Notes: generated by a model not told the origin, from the sequence alone. Shown: positions 21,965-33,639, numbered from the stretch's first letter. The stretch: DNA of 34,746 nt from Chiloscyllium plagiosum (GCF_004010195.1 NC_057754.1:11703950-11738695), one strand, 5' to 3'. Numbers and translations are program-made.

Positions 21965-23035
21965 AGACATAAGGAGTTTACGTACCAATATTGGTAGATA
22001 GATTCAGTGAATATGCAAAATATCTTGCAGATGGACTAAAATGTTCACCTTGACTGGAAGGATAAATAAGAGCAAAGCATTACTTAAATGGAGAATGACT
22101 ACAGAATTTGGAGGTGGAGAGGGCTTTAAAGCATGTCACAGAGTTTGCATGTAGGAACAGCATATAATCAAGAAATATAATGGTTTGTTATCCTTTTTAT
22201 GACAGGAATTGAATAGAAATGTAAGGATGTTCTGAAATAAAAACAGAAATTGTGGAAAAAGCTCAGCAGGTCTAGAAGCATCTGTGCAGAGAAATCAGAA
22301 TTAATGTTTCAGGTCAAGTGTTTTGTGTCCTCAGAACTGATGGTTGCTAGGAAAATCTCAGTTTATTTCCAGAAGATAGGGTGGGGAGAGAGGGTATTGA
22401 GTAAATGATAGATGGGAATGGAGCCCAAACAGACAGAAGAACAGTTGGACAGACAAATGAATGGAAAATGACCTGGCTAGAAGGATGAAGAGCTATTAAT
22501 GGGGACTGGTACACATTAACAATAAGCTGTGTCTGATAGCAGAATACGTGATAACAAGGTCTGATGTCTGGGGATTGGGGTAAGGACATGGGAGAGCTCA
22601 AGCCCAAAAGTTATTGAACTCATTATTGAGTGTGGAGGGCTGCAGGGTCCCCAAGCTGAAAATAAGGTACTGTTCTTCCAGCTTGTGCTGAGCTTTGTTA
22701 AAGCACTGCAGCAAGACGGAGACAGAGATGTTGGCCAGGGAACAGGGTGGTGTGTTGACGTGGCAGGCAAGTGGAAGCCTTACCATGCCTTTTTTGCACA
22801 AAATATACTGAGAGCGGTTGAGCTTTTTCAGCAATTTCTGTTTTTGTTTCTGATTTAAAGCATCCACAGTTCTTTTGGCTTTTAATAAGGATGTTCTGCT
22901 TCATTTATGCAGAGAATTGGTAAATCCACATTTCAAATACTGTATGCAATTTTCATCATTATCTTTCAGGAAACATATAAATTTATTGGAGTGGTTCAGA
23001 GGCTGTTTATTAGATTGAAACCTGGAATAGGTGAC
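21965..23035 (+). mobile_element. Old CR1 RT fragment split by the insertion at 22235-22885
   Basis: Degenerate similarity to other CR1 copies (TTACTTAAATGGAGA, AATACTGTATGCAATTTT). Confidence 0.6.
22235..22885 (-). mobile_element. Truncated Penelope-like element with inverted termini (family 4)
   Basis: KLEEQYLIFSLGTLQPSTLNNEF (PLE C-terminus). Inverted ends AAAAACAGAAATTG..AAAAAGCTCA and TGAGCTTTTT..CAATTTCTGTTTTT. Perfect 13-bp duplication TAAGGATGTTCTG at 22222-22234 and 22886-22898. Decayed hammerhead at 22299-22338(-). Confidence 0.85.
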
Positions 23036-24963
23036 TGACAGTGAACCCGAGAAGCATGTTCAGGGAAGGACATTTGAAATAAAAACAAGGAGATAATCTG
23101 AGGAAAAAATATACCAAACTTAGATAAAGGAGGGAACATATGGGATATAGTAATTTATGCTTCTAAACTAAGTATATTCACACCATCCAGAATAATGTGT
23201 TCTGAATGTCTATCATTGATTTACAATATCTTTGCTCAAACCATATTCCTCTTCTTGAGCAGTCAGTAAGGATCAAGAATGACTTTCTTCCACTTAAGTG
23301 TTGTGGGTCCTGAGGTTATTCAGTAGTTCAAGGCTAGATCCACAAAAGCACTACCACATGTGGGGCAGATGATATTTGCTGAAGGGAATGGGAGTGATGC
23401 TCAGTCACATGCTTTTTCCATTGTTAATATTCATTTTCCATCTTGGCCTAAAGATGTTCAAAATTGTTGACTTCTTCGCAGATGCATCTTCACCAAAGTG
23501 GATGGTTTGGGTCAACAATTACCCCCCCCCAGTGAATGGGAATATTGGATTTTTCGTTTGAGAAAATGTGGAGACAAACTTGAATGCATTTCTCTGCCAA
23601 CCTGGAAATATTTTTCCTTGAGGATGCTTAGTCAGATTAAAGAGTATGTATTGGAAGCCCTCTATCAGGCATGTGGATGATGTGAACTGCCCAATGCAGA
23701 TGATTGATCATACCCAGCCCCTGAATTCAATGTTCTTTGGTCTGATCTGCACCTGGTATAACTTTTTACATGGGTCAGGTATGGCATGAAACACGAAATC
23801 AATAATCCACAAGGGCACCTGATAACGATGAATAAAACTAACTTCTCTCAGGGAGATAGAACATTGTGAACATGAGCTATTGCATTTAAAGTCTAGAAAG
23901 GAATCGTAACAAATCACTGCTTCTCAAAATTTCCCAGTATGACCCATTTTAATGCCTCAGAATCTGTCTCACCCAAAAATTACAGGTTTTGGGGTGACAG
24001 AGAATTGTTGATCAATGGGAGAAGGGGGAGGCAGGTGGGGTGTTAATAACAGATTATTCATGAATTTTAACCTCAATTATTAATGCAATAACATTCAGTT
24101 TATTCAGATTTTAAAACTGGCAATTTTTAAAATCTAACAGGATCCTGATTCTTTATATAATAGGGATGATTATTAATTGTAATAATTTTGATATTTCATA
24201 AATCAGAGGTGATTATTGATGAAATATTTTCCAAATTATTGAAGGAAGAAGCAACTGATTATAAATGAAAGCAACTGTATAAATAATTAAATCTTGATTC
24301 ATCATAAACCCACACACAGAATCTTAAAAGCATAGGTGGCAGCCATTTGGCCCATTATGCTGGCACTGTCTCTGAAAATACTGACAATTTGTTCCTTTTC
24401 CTTAAATGGTCTATCCCTTAATCTGAGACAAAGTCCCTGGTTCTAATCTGAACATCCTGGGGAGATATCAATCTACATCCATTCTGTCAGAACATTGTAA
24501 GTTTCAATGAGATCAAATATTATGATCCCAGTTGATGGAAATACTGCACAAGTCAAATCTCTGAATGAAATCTGACTTAATCTGAAACTCATGTTTCATT
24601 TTTGCAATTAAATTACACATTTGGTTAATTACTGAACATATTCACATGAGGCTACCAACATTCATTTTAATAATATAACACATTTATTGCATAAAATAAG
24701 GCTCTATACAAAGGTGACAATTTTGAAAGACCTTAACACATTTAAACAATTTCCCCAGTAAAATACTCAATCTCAGTGAAGTATCACTCTTGTCTTTTTT
24801 TCATCTGTTAATGGGATATGGTTGTTGCTGGCTCAACACTAACTGCTTGGCTGGTAGTGGTGGTGAGGTGCCTTCCTGAATGTCTGCCCTCATTAGGGTC
24901 TTCAGTCACACACATTGCTATTCTATCACTTTAAAACTTGATTCAAAGTTCCACATTATGATG

Positions 24964-25242
24964 TTAAAAATCACACAACATCAGGTTATAGTCCAACAGG
25001 TTTAATTGGAAGCACACTAGCTTTCGGAGCATCATCAATTTTTCAATGTATAATTTCAGTTACATCACACTGTAAATTTTTGCTATAAATTCTGTGTGTT
25101 AGGATTGAGCCCTCCACTACCACCTGATGAAGGAGCGATGCTCCGAAAGCTAGTATGCTTCCAATTAAACCTGTTGGACTATAACCTGGTGTTGCGTGAT
25201 TGTTAACTTTGTACACCCCAGTCCAACATCGGCATCTCCAAA
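24964..25242 (+). mobile_element. Foldback cassette, Penelope-like family 2, with a hammerhead motif at 25121-25155
   Basis: Inverted arms of ~70 bp. CAC-CTGATGA-A-GGAGC-gat-GCTCC-GAAA-GC-TA-GT. Duplication CCACATTATGATG (24951-24963) and CCACATTATTATG (25243-25255). Confidence 0.85.
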
Positions 25243-25618
25243 CCACATTATTATGGTCACTATTTAACAAAGGCTTCTTTGCAGCAAAGTTAGTAATTAG
25301 CCTTTATCTTTACAGAATGCTAAATCTAAAACAAGCTGATTCCAACTTGGTCCTTCAATGTTCTACTTCAGAAGTATTCAGTGCAAACTGAATTTCATCC
25401 TCCACAGCATCCATGCTGTTTAGGTTCATCCAGTTTATGTGGGAATTGAAGTCACCCGTTATTATTGTATGGCTCTTATAATATTTACATATCATTTTGT
25501 GAATTAATTCAAAGGAAGTATTTGGGATATGAAGTAGATTCATCAGACTGTGATTTTAATGCATACACACTGTATTATCACCCAAAGTTGGGCTGGATGT
25601 TTTAACATTTTTAGGACA

Positions 25619-26186
25619 TGTTATTATGTTGTCACTTTAAAAAAAAAAGAGTTATTTTGTCATTGGTTTTATCAAGAAAGGTGGTAAAGGCAGAGGTGTT
25701 GAAGAATCTAGTATAATAACGGGAAGGGTCTTTCCAGTTCTCCCAATTCAGGTTTTTTCACTGTATTTTCACTGTAGCAGTCATAAGATGTGCGATTCCA
25801 CGGGAGTTGCAAGCTTCAGTAAAGGATTCCACTGATTTTCTGTTGAAGTTCCCTCCTGCCTGTAAGAATCTGTGTTTGAATTTTGCTTTTTGCCAAGGAA
25901 TGGGTTTATGGGACGTTACAGTATTGGAACAGTTATTTAGAAGTAGTTACTGTATTGAGTTGGCTAAGTTTTCCAACAGTTAAAATTATTCCAAATTCTG
26001 ATTTCTTTTGTTCATGTTTCAACTGTAGCGTTTAAATAAATTGTGTTTTGCTTAAAGCCCAAGTAGTTTGACCAGTTGCATCAGACCTGGAACATCCACT
26101 TCACATCTGCCTTTAAAATAAGAAAAAGTTAGGGTCTCAAGTACATTCTTAAAATATTTTGAGGTGGTCTGGCCTGGTCCATAACA
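25619..26186. mobile_element. Possible solo LTR
   Basis: Bounded by TGTTA...TAACA, with AATAAA near 26035; no clear target-site duplication. Confidence 0.3.
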
Positions 26187-26224
26187 GTGTGATGTGATTA
26201 ACAGGAAATTACAGCTCATGCAGT

Positions 26225-27814
26225 CACTTGTGGACTTGCTGCTGTCTAAGCAGATGTACTATTAGGAAGGATTTCTCAGTGAATCCTTTCCAAATTTAGT
26301 GAAGAATGACCTCTCTCCAATGTGAATTTGCTGGTGTACACTGATTTGAGACAATCATCTGAACCCAGTCCCGCAGAGAGTGCACTTGAGTGGTCTCTCA
26401 TTGGTGTGAACACAGTTCAATCCCCCAGAACTTTTAAAATACTTGCCTCATTGTGGACATTTAAAATGCCTCTCATCAGAGTGAACACATTGATGGCGTA
26501 TCAGATCTCAGGATCTTGTATAACATTTTCCACACACTGTGCATTTGAAAGGTCTCTCCCAAATGTGAACTCGCTGGTGAGTCAGGAGGTGGATTTTCTG
26601 AGTGAAACCCTTCCCACATACAGAGCAGGTGAATGGTCTCTCTCCGGTATGAGTGCGCTGGTGTGCAGTGAGACGAGATGACCGCTTGAACCCAATCCCA
26701 CACTGTGAGCACCTAAATGGTCTGTTGTCAGTGTGAACATGTTCATGTAACTTCAGTTCTCCAGAGCTTTTATAACACTTCACGCAGTCGGGACATTTGA
26801 AAGGTCTCACCTGAGTGTGAATTCGCTGGTGTGCCTTGAGGTGGGCTGATTCACAAAATCCCTTCCCACACTGAGTGCAGGTGAATGGCCTCTCCCCAGA
26901 GTGAACTCGTTGGTGTGTCAAAAGGGTGGAAAACCGAAAGAATATTTGTCCACATTCAGAGCAGATGAATGACCTCTCCCCAGTGTGAAGACGCTGGTGT
27001 AGAGTGAGTTGAGATGATCTCTTGAAGCCGTTTCCACAGTGAGAGCACCTGAACGGTCTCTCCTCAGTGTGAACACGGTGATGGATGATCAGCTCCCTGG
27101 AACCTTTAAAGCACTTTCCACACTCTGAACATTTAAAGGGTCTCTCCTCAGTGTGAACCACGTTGATGGGATTGCAGATAGTGAGAACTTTTAAAACACT
27201 TCCTGCAGTTTGGGCATTTAAAAGGTCTCTCCTCACTGTGAACCTGCTGGTGTGCCTTGAGGTGATAGGACTGAGTGAATCCACTTCCACATTCAGAGCC
27301 GGTGAATGGCCTCTCCCCAGTGTGAACGTGTTGGTGAACAGTGAGTTGGGATGACCACTTGAAGCCAGCCCTCCCAGTCGGAGCATGTGAACCGTCTCTC
27401 CTCAGTGTGAATACGCTGATGGGACATCAGCTCACTGGAACTTTTAAAGCACTTCCCACAGTCTGGACATTTAAAAGGTCTCTCCTTAGTGTGAACTCGC
27501 TGGTGTGTCAGCAAGGTCAGCAATTGAGTGAATCCTCTTTCACACAGGGAGCAGATGAATGGCCTCTCCCCTATGTGAATACGTTGATGAATTTTCAGTG
27601 CAGAATGATGGCTGAATCCCTTTTCACAATCCCCACATTTCCATGGTTTCTCCACAACGTGACTGCATTTATGGTTCTTGAGGCCAATTGATTGGCTGAA
27701 GCCTTTTTTGCATGCAGAACACAAGTATTTGTTCTCCCCATTGTGAATGGTGCTTTCTTCTTTTATGTTTAAAATGTGGTGATATTCTGGTTGTGATAAA
27801 CTGGGTGACTCCAT
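26225..27814 (-). pseudogene. C2H2 zinc-finger array gene without a visible KRAB/SCAN domain (~17-18 finger units), disrupted
   Basis: CxxC-x12-HxxxH fingers with [11 protein letters not shown] linkers across three frames. ATG at 27814. +1 frameshifts at ~27370-27376 and ~27158. In-frame TGA at 26508-26510, 26448-26450 and 26355-26357. Polypyrimidine tract plus CAG acceptor at 27876-27877, just upstream of the ATG. Confidence 0.88.
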
Positions 27815-28064
27815 TAGATCATGGTGTGATGTTTGCTTTCAGTTTGCAGCCTTCAAATCCCCCACTTCTCATACTCTGTGGATTAATTTGAAACAGAAGG
27901 CAGGAGTAAGAGAGAAGGCACAAAAACATAAAGGCAGGTTGTAAAAGCATACTGAGTGAATCTGGGGCAATTTGCTGGACAGGCACTTGGGAACAGTTAC
28001 CACAAAAGCTTCTCAAATGTCATAGAAGCTCAAAATTAATATCGATCAGAGAAGAAACCTGCTA

Positions 28065-28200
28065 CCTGGTGTGGGCCCACACAATTAGGTGAAGGGGTAA
28101 ATGTAGGGGAATGGGTCTGGGTGGGTTATGCTTCGGCAGGTCAGTGTGGACTTGTTGGGCCGAAGGGCCTGTTTCCACACTGTAATCTAATCTAAAAAAA
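28065..28200 (+). mobile_element. 5'-truncated V-SINE-like 3' end
   Basis: GTGTGGACTTGTTGGGCCGAAGGGCCTGTTTCCACACTGTAATCTAATCT. Confidence 0.88.
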
Positions 28201-28628
28201 AGACCGGCATGGAGCAGAGTGAGAGAGACATAGGGAGGATGTAGGAGAGTCAGGAAGCAAAGGATTTTATACATCTACAATTTGCCCTGAAATGTGTTCG
28301 GATGGTCCAAATCCTCAATCTCCACCAGCTCAAAGGATCAGGGGAGCAGATTTATGTGAAAATCTTCACCACCAAGTTACCTTCCAAGACACACGATCCT
28401 GACATGTTTGACATCCACTGCTGGAGGAACAGAGACTTCTTTTGACTGAACATTAGGAGGATGAAAGTCAATGCCTTCCATCCCTGTTACAAAGTCCATT
28501 CCCCAGCCACTGACTGAATCTCTTTCTCTGGCAACTGCATAATCCTCAAATAGACTGTTCAGAAGCTTGCTGCCATATTTCACCCCAAACTGAGATTCCA
28601 ACATATGCCCACATCATCAGTAAAACCA

Positions 28629-28860
28629 GGAGAAAGTGAAGACTGAAGATGCTAGAGATCAGAGTCAAAGAGTGTGGTGCTGGAAAAACAGAGCCAGTCA
28701 GGCAGTATCTGAGGAGCAGGAGAGTCTATGTTTCGAGCATTAGCTCTTCCTCAGGAAGGAGCCATCCTTAGTGAGATCAAAACACTCCTGATAAACAGTT
28801 TATGCTTGAAACGAAGATTCTCCTGCTCCTTGGCTTTTCCAGCACCCCACGTTTTGACTC
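28629..28860. mobile_element. Inverted pair of family-1 Penelope-like terminal repeats
   Basis: GGAGAAAGTGAAGACTGAAGATGCT start. Hammerhead motif at 28725-28756(-): TC-CTGAGGA-A-GAGC-taat-GCTC-GAAA-CA-TA-GA. Decayed plus-strand copy near 28786-28850. Confidence 0.75.
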
Positions 28861-29079
28861 AAAGACTTCCATCTTAGGAACATCAACTGAATCCATCCCA
28901 GTCGCAGCTCATCTGCTTCTGAAACTCTCATCCACTCCATTATTATCTGTACACTTAATGATCCTAACACTTCTCCACATTGAACCTTTTAGTAAGTGAG
29001 ATGACTGACCCTTGCGCTACCTGTCTCCTCACTCACACCAACTCTTACTGAGCCATCCTCAGTGGCATGAAAACATTGT

Positions 29080-29288
29080 CCCACAGGAGGGCCGCGCATG
29101 CCCTCTGCTACACCGTGACCTTATCAAGATGACATCTGCCCAGAGGAAGGCCGCGCATGGGCTCTACTACACCGTGACTTTATCAAGGTGGCATCCTCCC
29201 ACAGGAGGGCTGCACATGCCCTCTGCTACACCTTAGCCCTATAAAGATCGCATCCTCCCATAGGAAGGTCAAGCACGTGCTCTGCTAG
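29080..29288. repeat. 59-bp tandem repeat (3.5 units), candidate promoter of the zinc-finger gene
   Basis: Units start at 29080, 29139, 29198 and 29257, and contain GCCGCGCATG and AAGATGRC-like words. Confidence 0.85.
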
Positions 29289-29349
29289 CCAATGCGGATG
29301 GCATCCCGAAGTCTGTGCACACCTGCTCCCTCAACGAAATGTTGGAGCA

Positions 29350-29585
29350 AATTGCTGCAGAGCAAGTTTTGGAGATAACAGTGAGTCAGACATCATCAAT
29401 GGAGGGAGAACAAGCTAACGTTTGAGTCTGGATGACTCTTCATCAGAGCTGAAGTGAAGTGTGGCGGGGACACATTTATGCCATAGCTTGCGGGGTTATG
29501 TGGGTGTAGGGTGCTGGTGGACAAAAGATGTTGATAGTTCAGATTAAGGGATCGGAATGTGAGGATTGCAGAACAATGGTGTATC
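29350..29585 (-). mobile_element. Penelope-like terminal region (family 3) with a hammerhead motif at 29413-29450
   Basis: Minus strand: AGCT-CTGATGA-A-GAGTC-atcca-GACTC-(G lost)AAA-CG-TT-AGCT. Confidence 0.7.
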
Positions 29586-29589
29586 TACC

Positions 29590-32500
29590 TCCCAGATTTC
29601 AAAGGACTGACAGTCCCACCAGGATTGGTGGGGGTGGGGGTGGGGGTGGCGGCGGGTAGGAAGAGGTAAGGAGGGGAGACAGGACATGATAACAGAATAT
29701 AACAAGCCAAAAGAGGTGGAGCTGAGTGGAAGTGAGCCAGAGAGCAATCTGGAAAGATAAAGGATATAAAAATGTACCTCAGGGATTTGTGGAAGAGCAG
29801 CCTGGGAAGGTAAGAGTTTCTGATTCTGAGTGTTTCAACTGAGGGGGAGCTGAAAAGTGACATCACAGGAAAGATGTGATTTGATTGGCTAATCAGGGAA
29901 TCTGCTAAATTCAAATCTGGGCTAAAAGTGAGTCTGGGCTAAATTATTGGCGATAACTTGCATTCATATTAAGATAATAAGCAGAGATATAAATATAGTT
30001 AAAAATAAAATTAAAATTAAAAACTAATTAAATAAAATAAGGATGGAGGTCTTATTCCTGCATGATGTTGAAGCTGGTCGACCCCATTGTGGTTCTGACT
30101 GACCACATCTGTAGTAAATGTTGGAACTCTAGCTCAGAGTTGATGAGCTGGATTCTGAGTTTTGGATATTGCGACACATCAAGGAGGGGGAAGAGTTATC
30201 TGGATGCTGTGTTTCAGGCAATGGTCACACCCCTTAGACCAACTAACTTGAATTTGGTCAATAGTCTGGGACAGAATGATGTGACTGTCAGTGAGGCAGG
30301 TAGAGATATCCAGGAGGTAGAGTTGCAGGAGACTCAGCCCTTGTCCCTGTCCATCAGGTTTGAGTGTCTTGCTTCCTGTATGGAAAGGAAGGAGGATTGC
30401 AGGAAGGATAGCTGACTGACTGCAGCACCATGGTGCAGGGAGCCATTTAAATGGGGGGAGAGAAGAGAAATGTGGTTGTAATTAGGACAGTTTTGTTAGG
30501 GGCCTACACAACGTTCTTTGTGACCAAGACTGGGATCCTGAATGTTGTGTTGCCTATGTGGTGCTTGGGTTCAGGATATCTCACCTGGGCTGCAGATGAA
30601 CTTGGAGTGGGAGGGTAAAGATCCAGTTGTCATGGTCCATATAGGTTGTATGGGAAATTAGAAAACTCAAATTAAAGGAGGAGGTAAGAGTGCTGGTTAG
30701 CAATGTGGTGGATGGTTACCAGACAATAAAGGTGAGGGACAGAGCAGGTGAATATCTCTATGCACCAAAGAGTAGGAAAATTTACCAGTAGATCAAATTT
30801 ATAAGTTTTGTGTTTAAATGTACAAAGCACTTGAAACAAAATTAATGCATTAATGGCGCAAATAGAAACAAAAGGGTGTGATTTGATCGCGATTACTAAG
30901 ACATGGTCACAAAGAGACCAGGGCATAGAATTGAAAATCCAAGGGTACTCAGCATTTCGGGAAGATCATCTGAAATGAAAAGTAGGTGTGTGGCTTTGGC
31001 TGCTAAAGGAAGGGATCAACGTTGTATTGAGAAATGACGTAAGCACAGGAGATCAAGAGTCATTCTGGGTACCAATAAGAAATAACAAAGGGAATCAATA
31101 CCTGGTACGAGTAATCTGTAGGTCCTGAACCAGTAGTTCTTCAGTAGGGTACTGTATAAACTAAGAAATACTCAAGGCTTGCAAGAAAGGTACGGCAATA
31201 ATTATGATTATAACATTCCCATAGATTGCAAGAATCAAATTGACGTGAATAGCCTGGAGGCAGAGTTCATTTAAAATATTAGATATTGTTTGTTGGAGAA
31301 GTATGTTGTGGAACCACCCAGGAAGCAGGCTACTCTGGACTTGATATTGTGGAATTAGGAGAGATTAATTGATGACATCACAGTTAAGGATCTTCTAGGG
31401 AGCAGTGATCATTGTTTGATAGGATTCAAAATTAGTTTTGGGGTGAGAAGTTGGAATCCCACACAAGTATTCTGGAATTAAACAAAGAAAATTACATAGG
31501 AATGAAGACAGATTTAGCCTGATTAGATTGGGCAGGAAAGCTAAATGGTAAGACAGCGGATGTGCAGTGGCAGATGTTTAAGAAGCTACTCAATTCCACA
31601 CAACTAAAATATATCCAAGTGAGGAGGGAAGATGGTAAGGGGTGGGGTGGGGGTGTCAAAAACCATCTATGGCTAAATAAGGTGGTCAAGGACAACATAA
31701 AGTCAAAAACTAAGGTATACAATATTGCAAAGGCCAGATGCAGGCTGAAACTTTCAAATATAAACAAAGGGAGACTAAAAAATTAATTTATAGGGCTACG
31801 GTAAATTACAAAACTAAACTTGCACAAAATATCAAAAAGGACAGCAAAAGCTTCCATAGGTATATAAAAGGGAAGAGAGTCACAAAGGTGAATGTTGGTC
31901 CCTTGGAAGATGAAACTAGAGCGTTAGCAGTTGCGAACACTAAAATGGCAGAGATGCGAAATCAATACTTTGCCTTAGTTTTCATGGTGGAGGATAATAG
32001 TACCACTCCTACTGGAACGGGCAAGTCAGAGGCAATAGGAAGGGTACAACTTAGAACAAGCAACATTGATAGGGAAAAGGTATAGAGCAAACTACCACGA
32101 TTGAGGGCAGATAACACCCCAGGCCTGATGGCCTACATCCTACATAGTGGACCCACTGGTTACAATATTCAAAAATTCCCTGGAGAGGGGAAAAGTTCCA
32201 ATGGTTTGGAGATGTGCCAAAGTAACACCCTTATTCAAAAAGGGAGGGAGGCAATATGTGGGAAATTATAGACCAGTTAGTTTAACATCTGTTGTTGGGA
32301 AAGTTTTGGAATCAATTATCAAGGAAGTAATATCAGGATATTTGGCAAGTCAAAATACTATCTATCAAAGACAGCATGATTTTATGAAGGGCAAATCATG
32401 TTTGACTAATTTGCTACAGTGCTTTGAAGATGTAACAAGCAAAGTAGATAATGGAGATCCTGTAGATGTGCTGCAATATCTCTGGAGTTCTGGAAGGGAT

Positions 32501-33616
32501 TTGATAAGGTGTGGCACAAAAGTTTAATTCGCAAGGTTGGATCATATGGGATTGGGGTAATTTATTAGTTTGGATGGGTGAACTGCTGATGGACAGAAGA
32601 CAGAGTGTCAGGATATTATTTTTCTGCATGGCAACTAGTAACTAGTAGAGTGCCACAGGGCCCCAGCATTTTACAATCTATATTAATGACTTGGATACAG
32701 GGACAGAAGGCTCTATAGCCAAATTTGCGGATAACACAAAAATAGGTGGGATGGTAAATTGGAATGAGGAGATAAGAACCTTACAAATGGATATGGATAG
32801 GTTAAGAGAGTGGGGCAAAATGTGGCAGATGGAGTTTGACGGGGATATACGTGAGGTCATGCATTTTAGTCGGAAAAACTAGAAGGCAAAGCCATTATCT
32901 AAATGGGGAAAGACTTTGAGGTGTTGCAATACAGTGGAATCTGGGTGTTCGCGTTCGTGAGTCACAGAAAACTAGCATGCAGACACAGCAGATAATAAAG
33001 AAAGTGAATTAAATGTTGACTAACATAGCTAAAGGAACACTATATAAAGGTCAGGAAGTTTTGTTGCAACTAAACAACACCCGGAGAATTGTGCGAGTTT
33101 TGGTCCCTTTATTTGAGGAAAGATACAGTGGCATTGGAAGTTCATTAGATTGAACCCAGAGATGAGGGGTTTGTCATATGAAGCGAGATTGAACAGTTTA
33201 ATTCTATACTCTCTGGAATTTAGAAGAATGAGGAGGGATCAAATTGAGGAGTTCATGATGATAAACGGTGTGGATAAAACAGACGTGGAGTGGATGCTTC
33301 CTCTTGTGGGGAATTCTAGGATGAGAAGTCATAACCTTAGGATAAGGGGTAACAAATTTACAATAAAGTTGAGGAGAAGTTACTTCTCCCAAAAGGTTGT
33401 GAATCTGTGGAACTCGCTACCCCAAAGTGCAGTGGATGCTGGGACAGTGAGTAAATTTAAGGAGCCGTGAGACAGATTTTTAATCTGCAACGGGTTGAAG
33501 ATTTATGGGGAGAAGGCAAGAAAATGAGGGTGAGGAGATATCAACCATGATTGAGTGGCGGAAAAGCTCAATGAGTGGAATGGCCTAATTCTGCTCCTAT
33601 ATCTCATGAACTTATA
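29590..33616 (+). mobile_element. Near full-length but decayed CR1 LINE (5' UTR, ORF1 remnant, ORF2, 3' tail)
   Basis: ORF1-like Cys motif (HICSKC) and esterase-like segment at ~30040-30650. ORF2 motifs: GATTTGATCGCGATTACT (DLIAIT), GSSDH, NYRPVSLTSVVGKVLESII, IAKFADNTKIGG and RRSYFSQKVVNLWNSLP. 3' UTR ends TCCTATATCTCATGAACTTAT. Confidence 0.9.
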
Positions 33617-33639
33617 AAAGAAAAGGAAGAAATGGGAGT

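Noticed and set aside
23915..23995. Possible hAT-type DNA transposon end (CACTGCTTCTCAAA)
   Set aside because: No matching second terminus or target duplication found.
26322..27691. Plus-strand ORFs overlapping the zinc-finger array
   Set aside because: Antisense shadows of the 84-bp finger repeat, with no independent protein features.
29080..29288. Regularly spaced repeat resembling a CRISPR array
   Set aside because: The whole 59-bp unit repeats without unique spacers, there are no cas genes, and the context is vertebrate.
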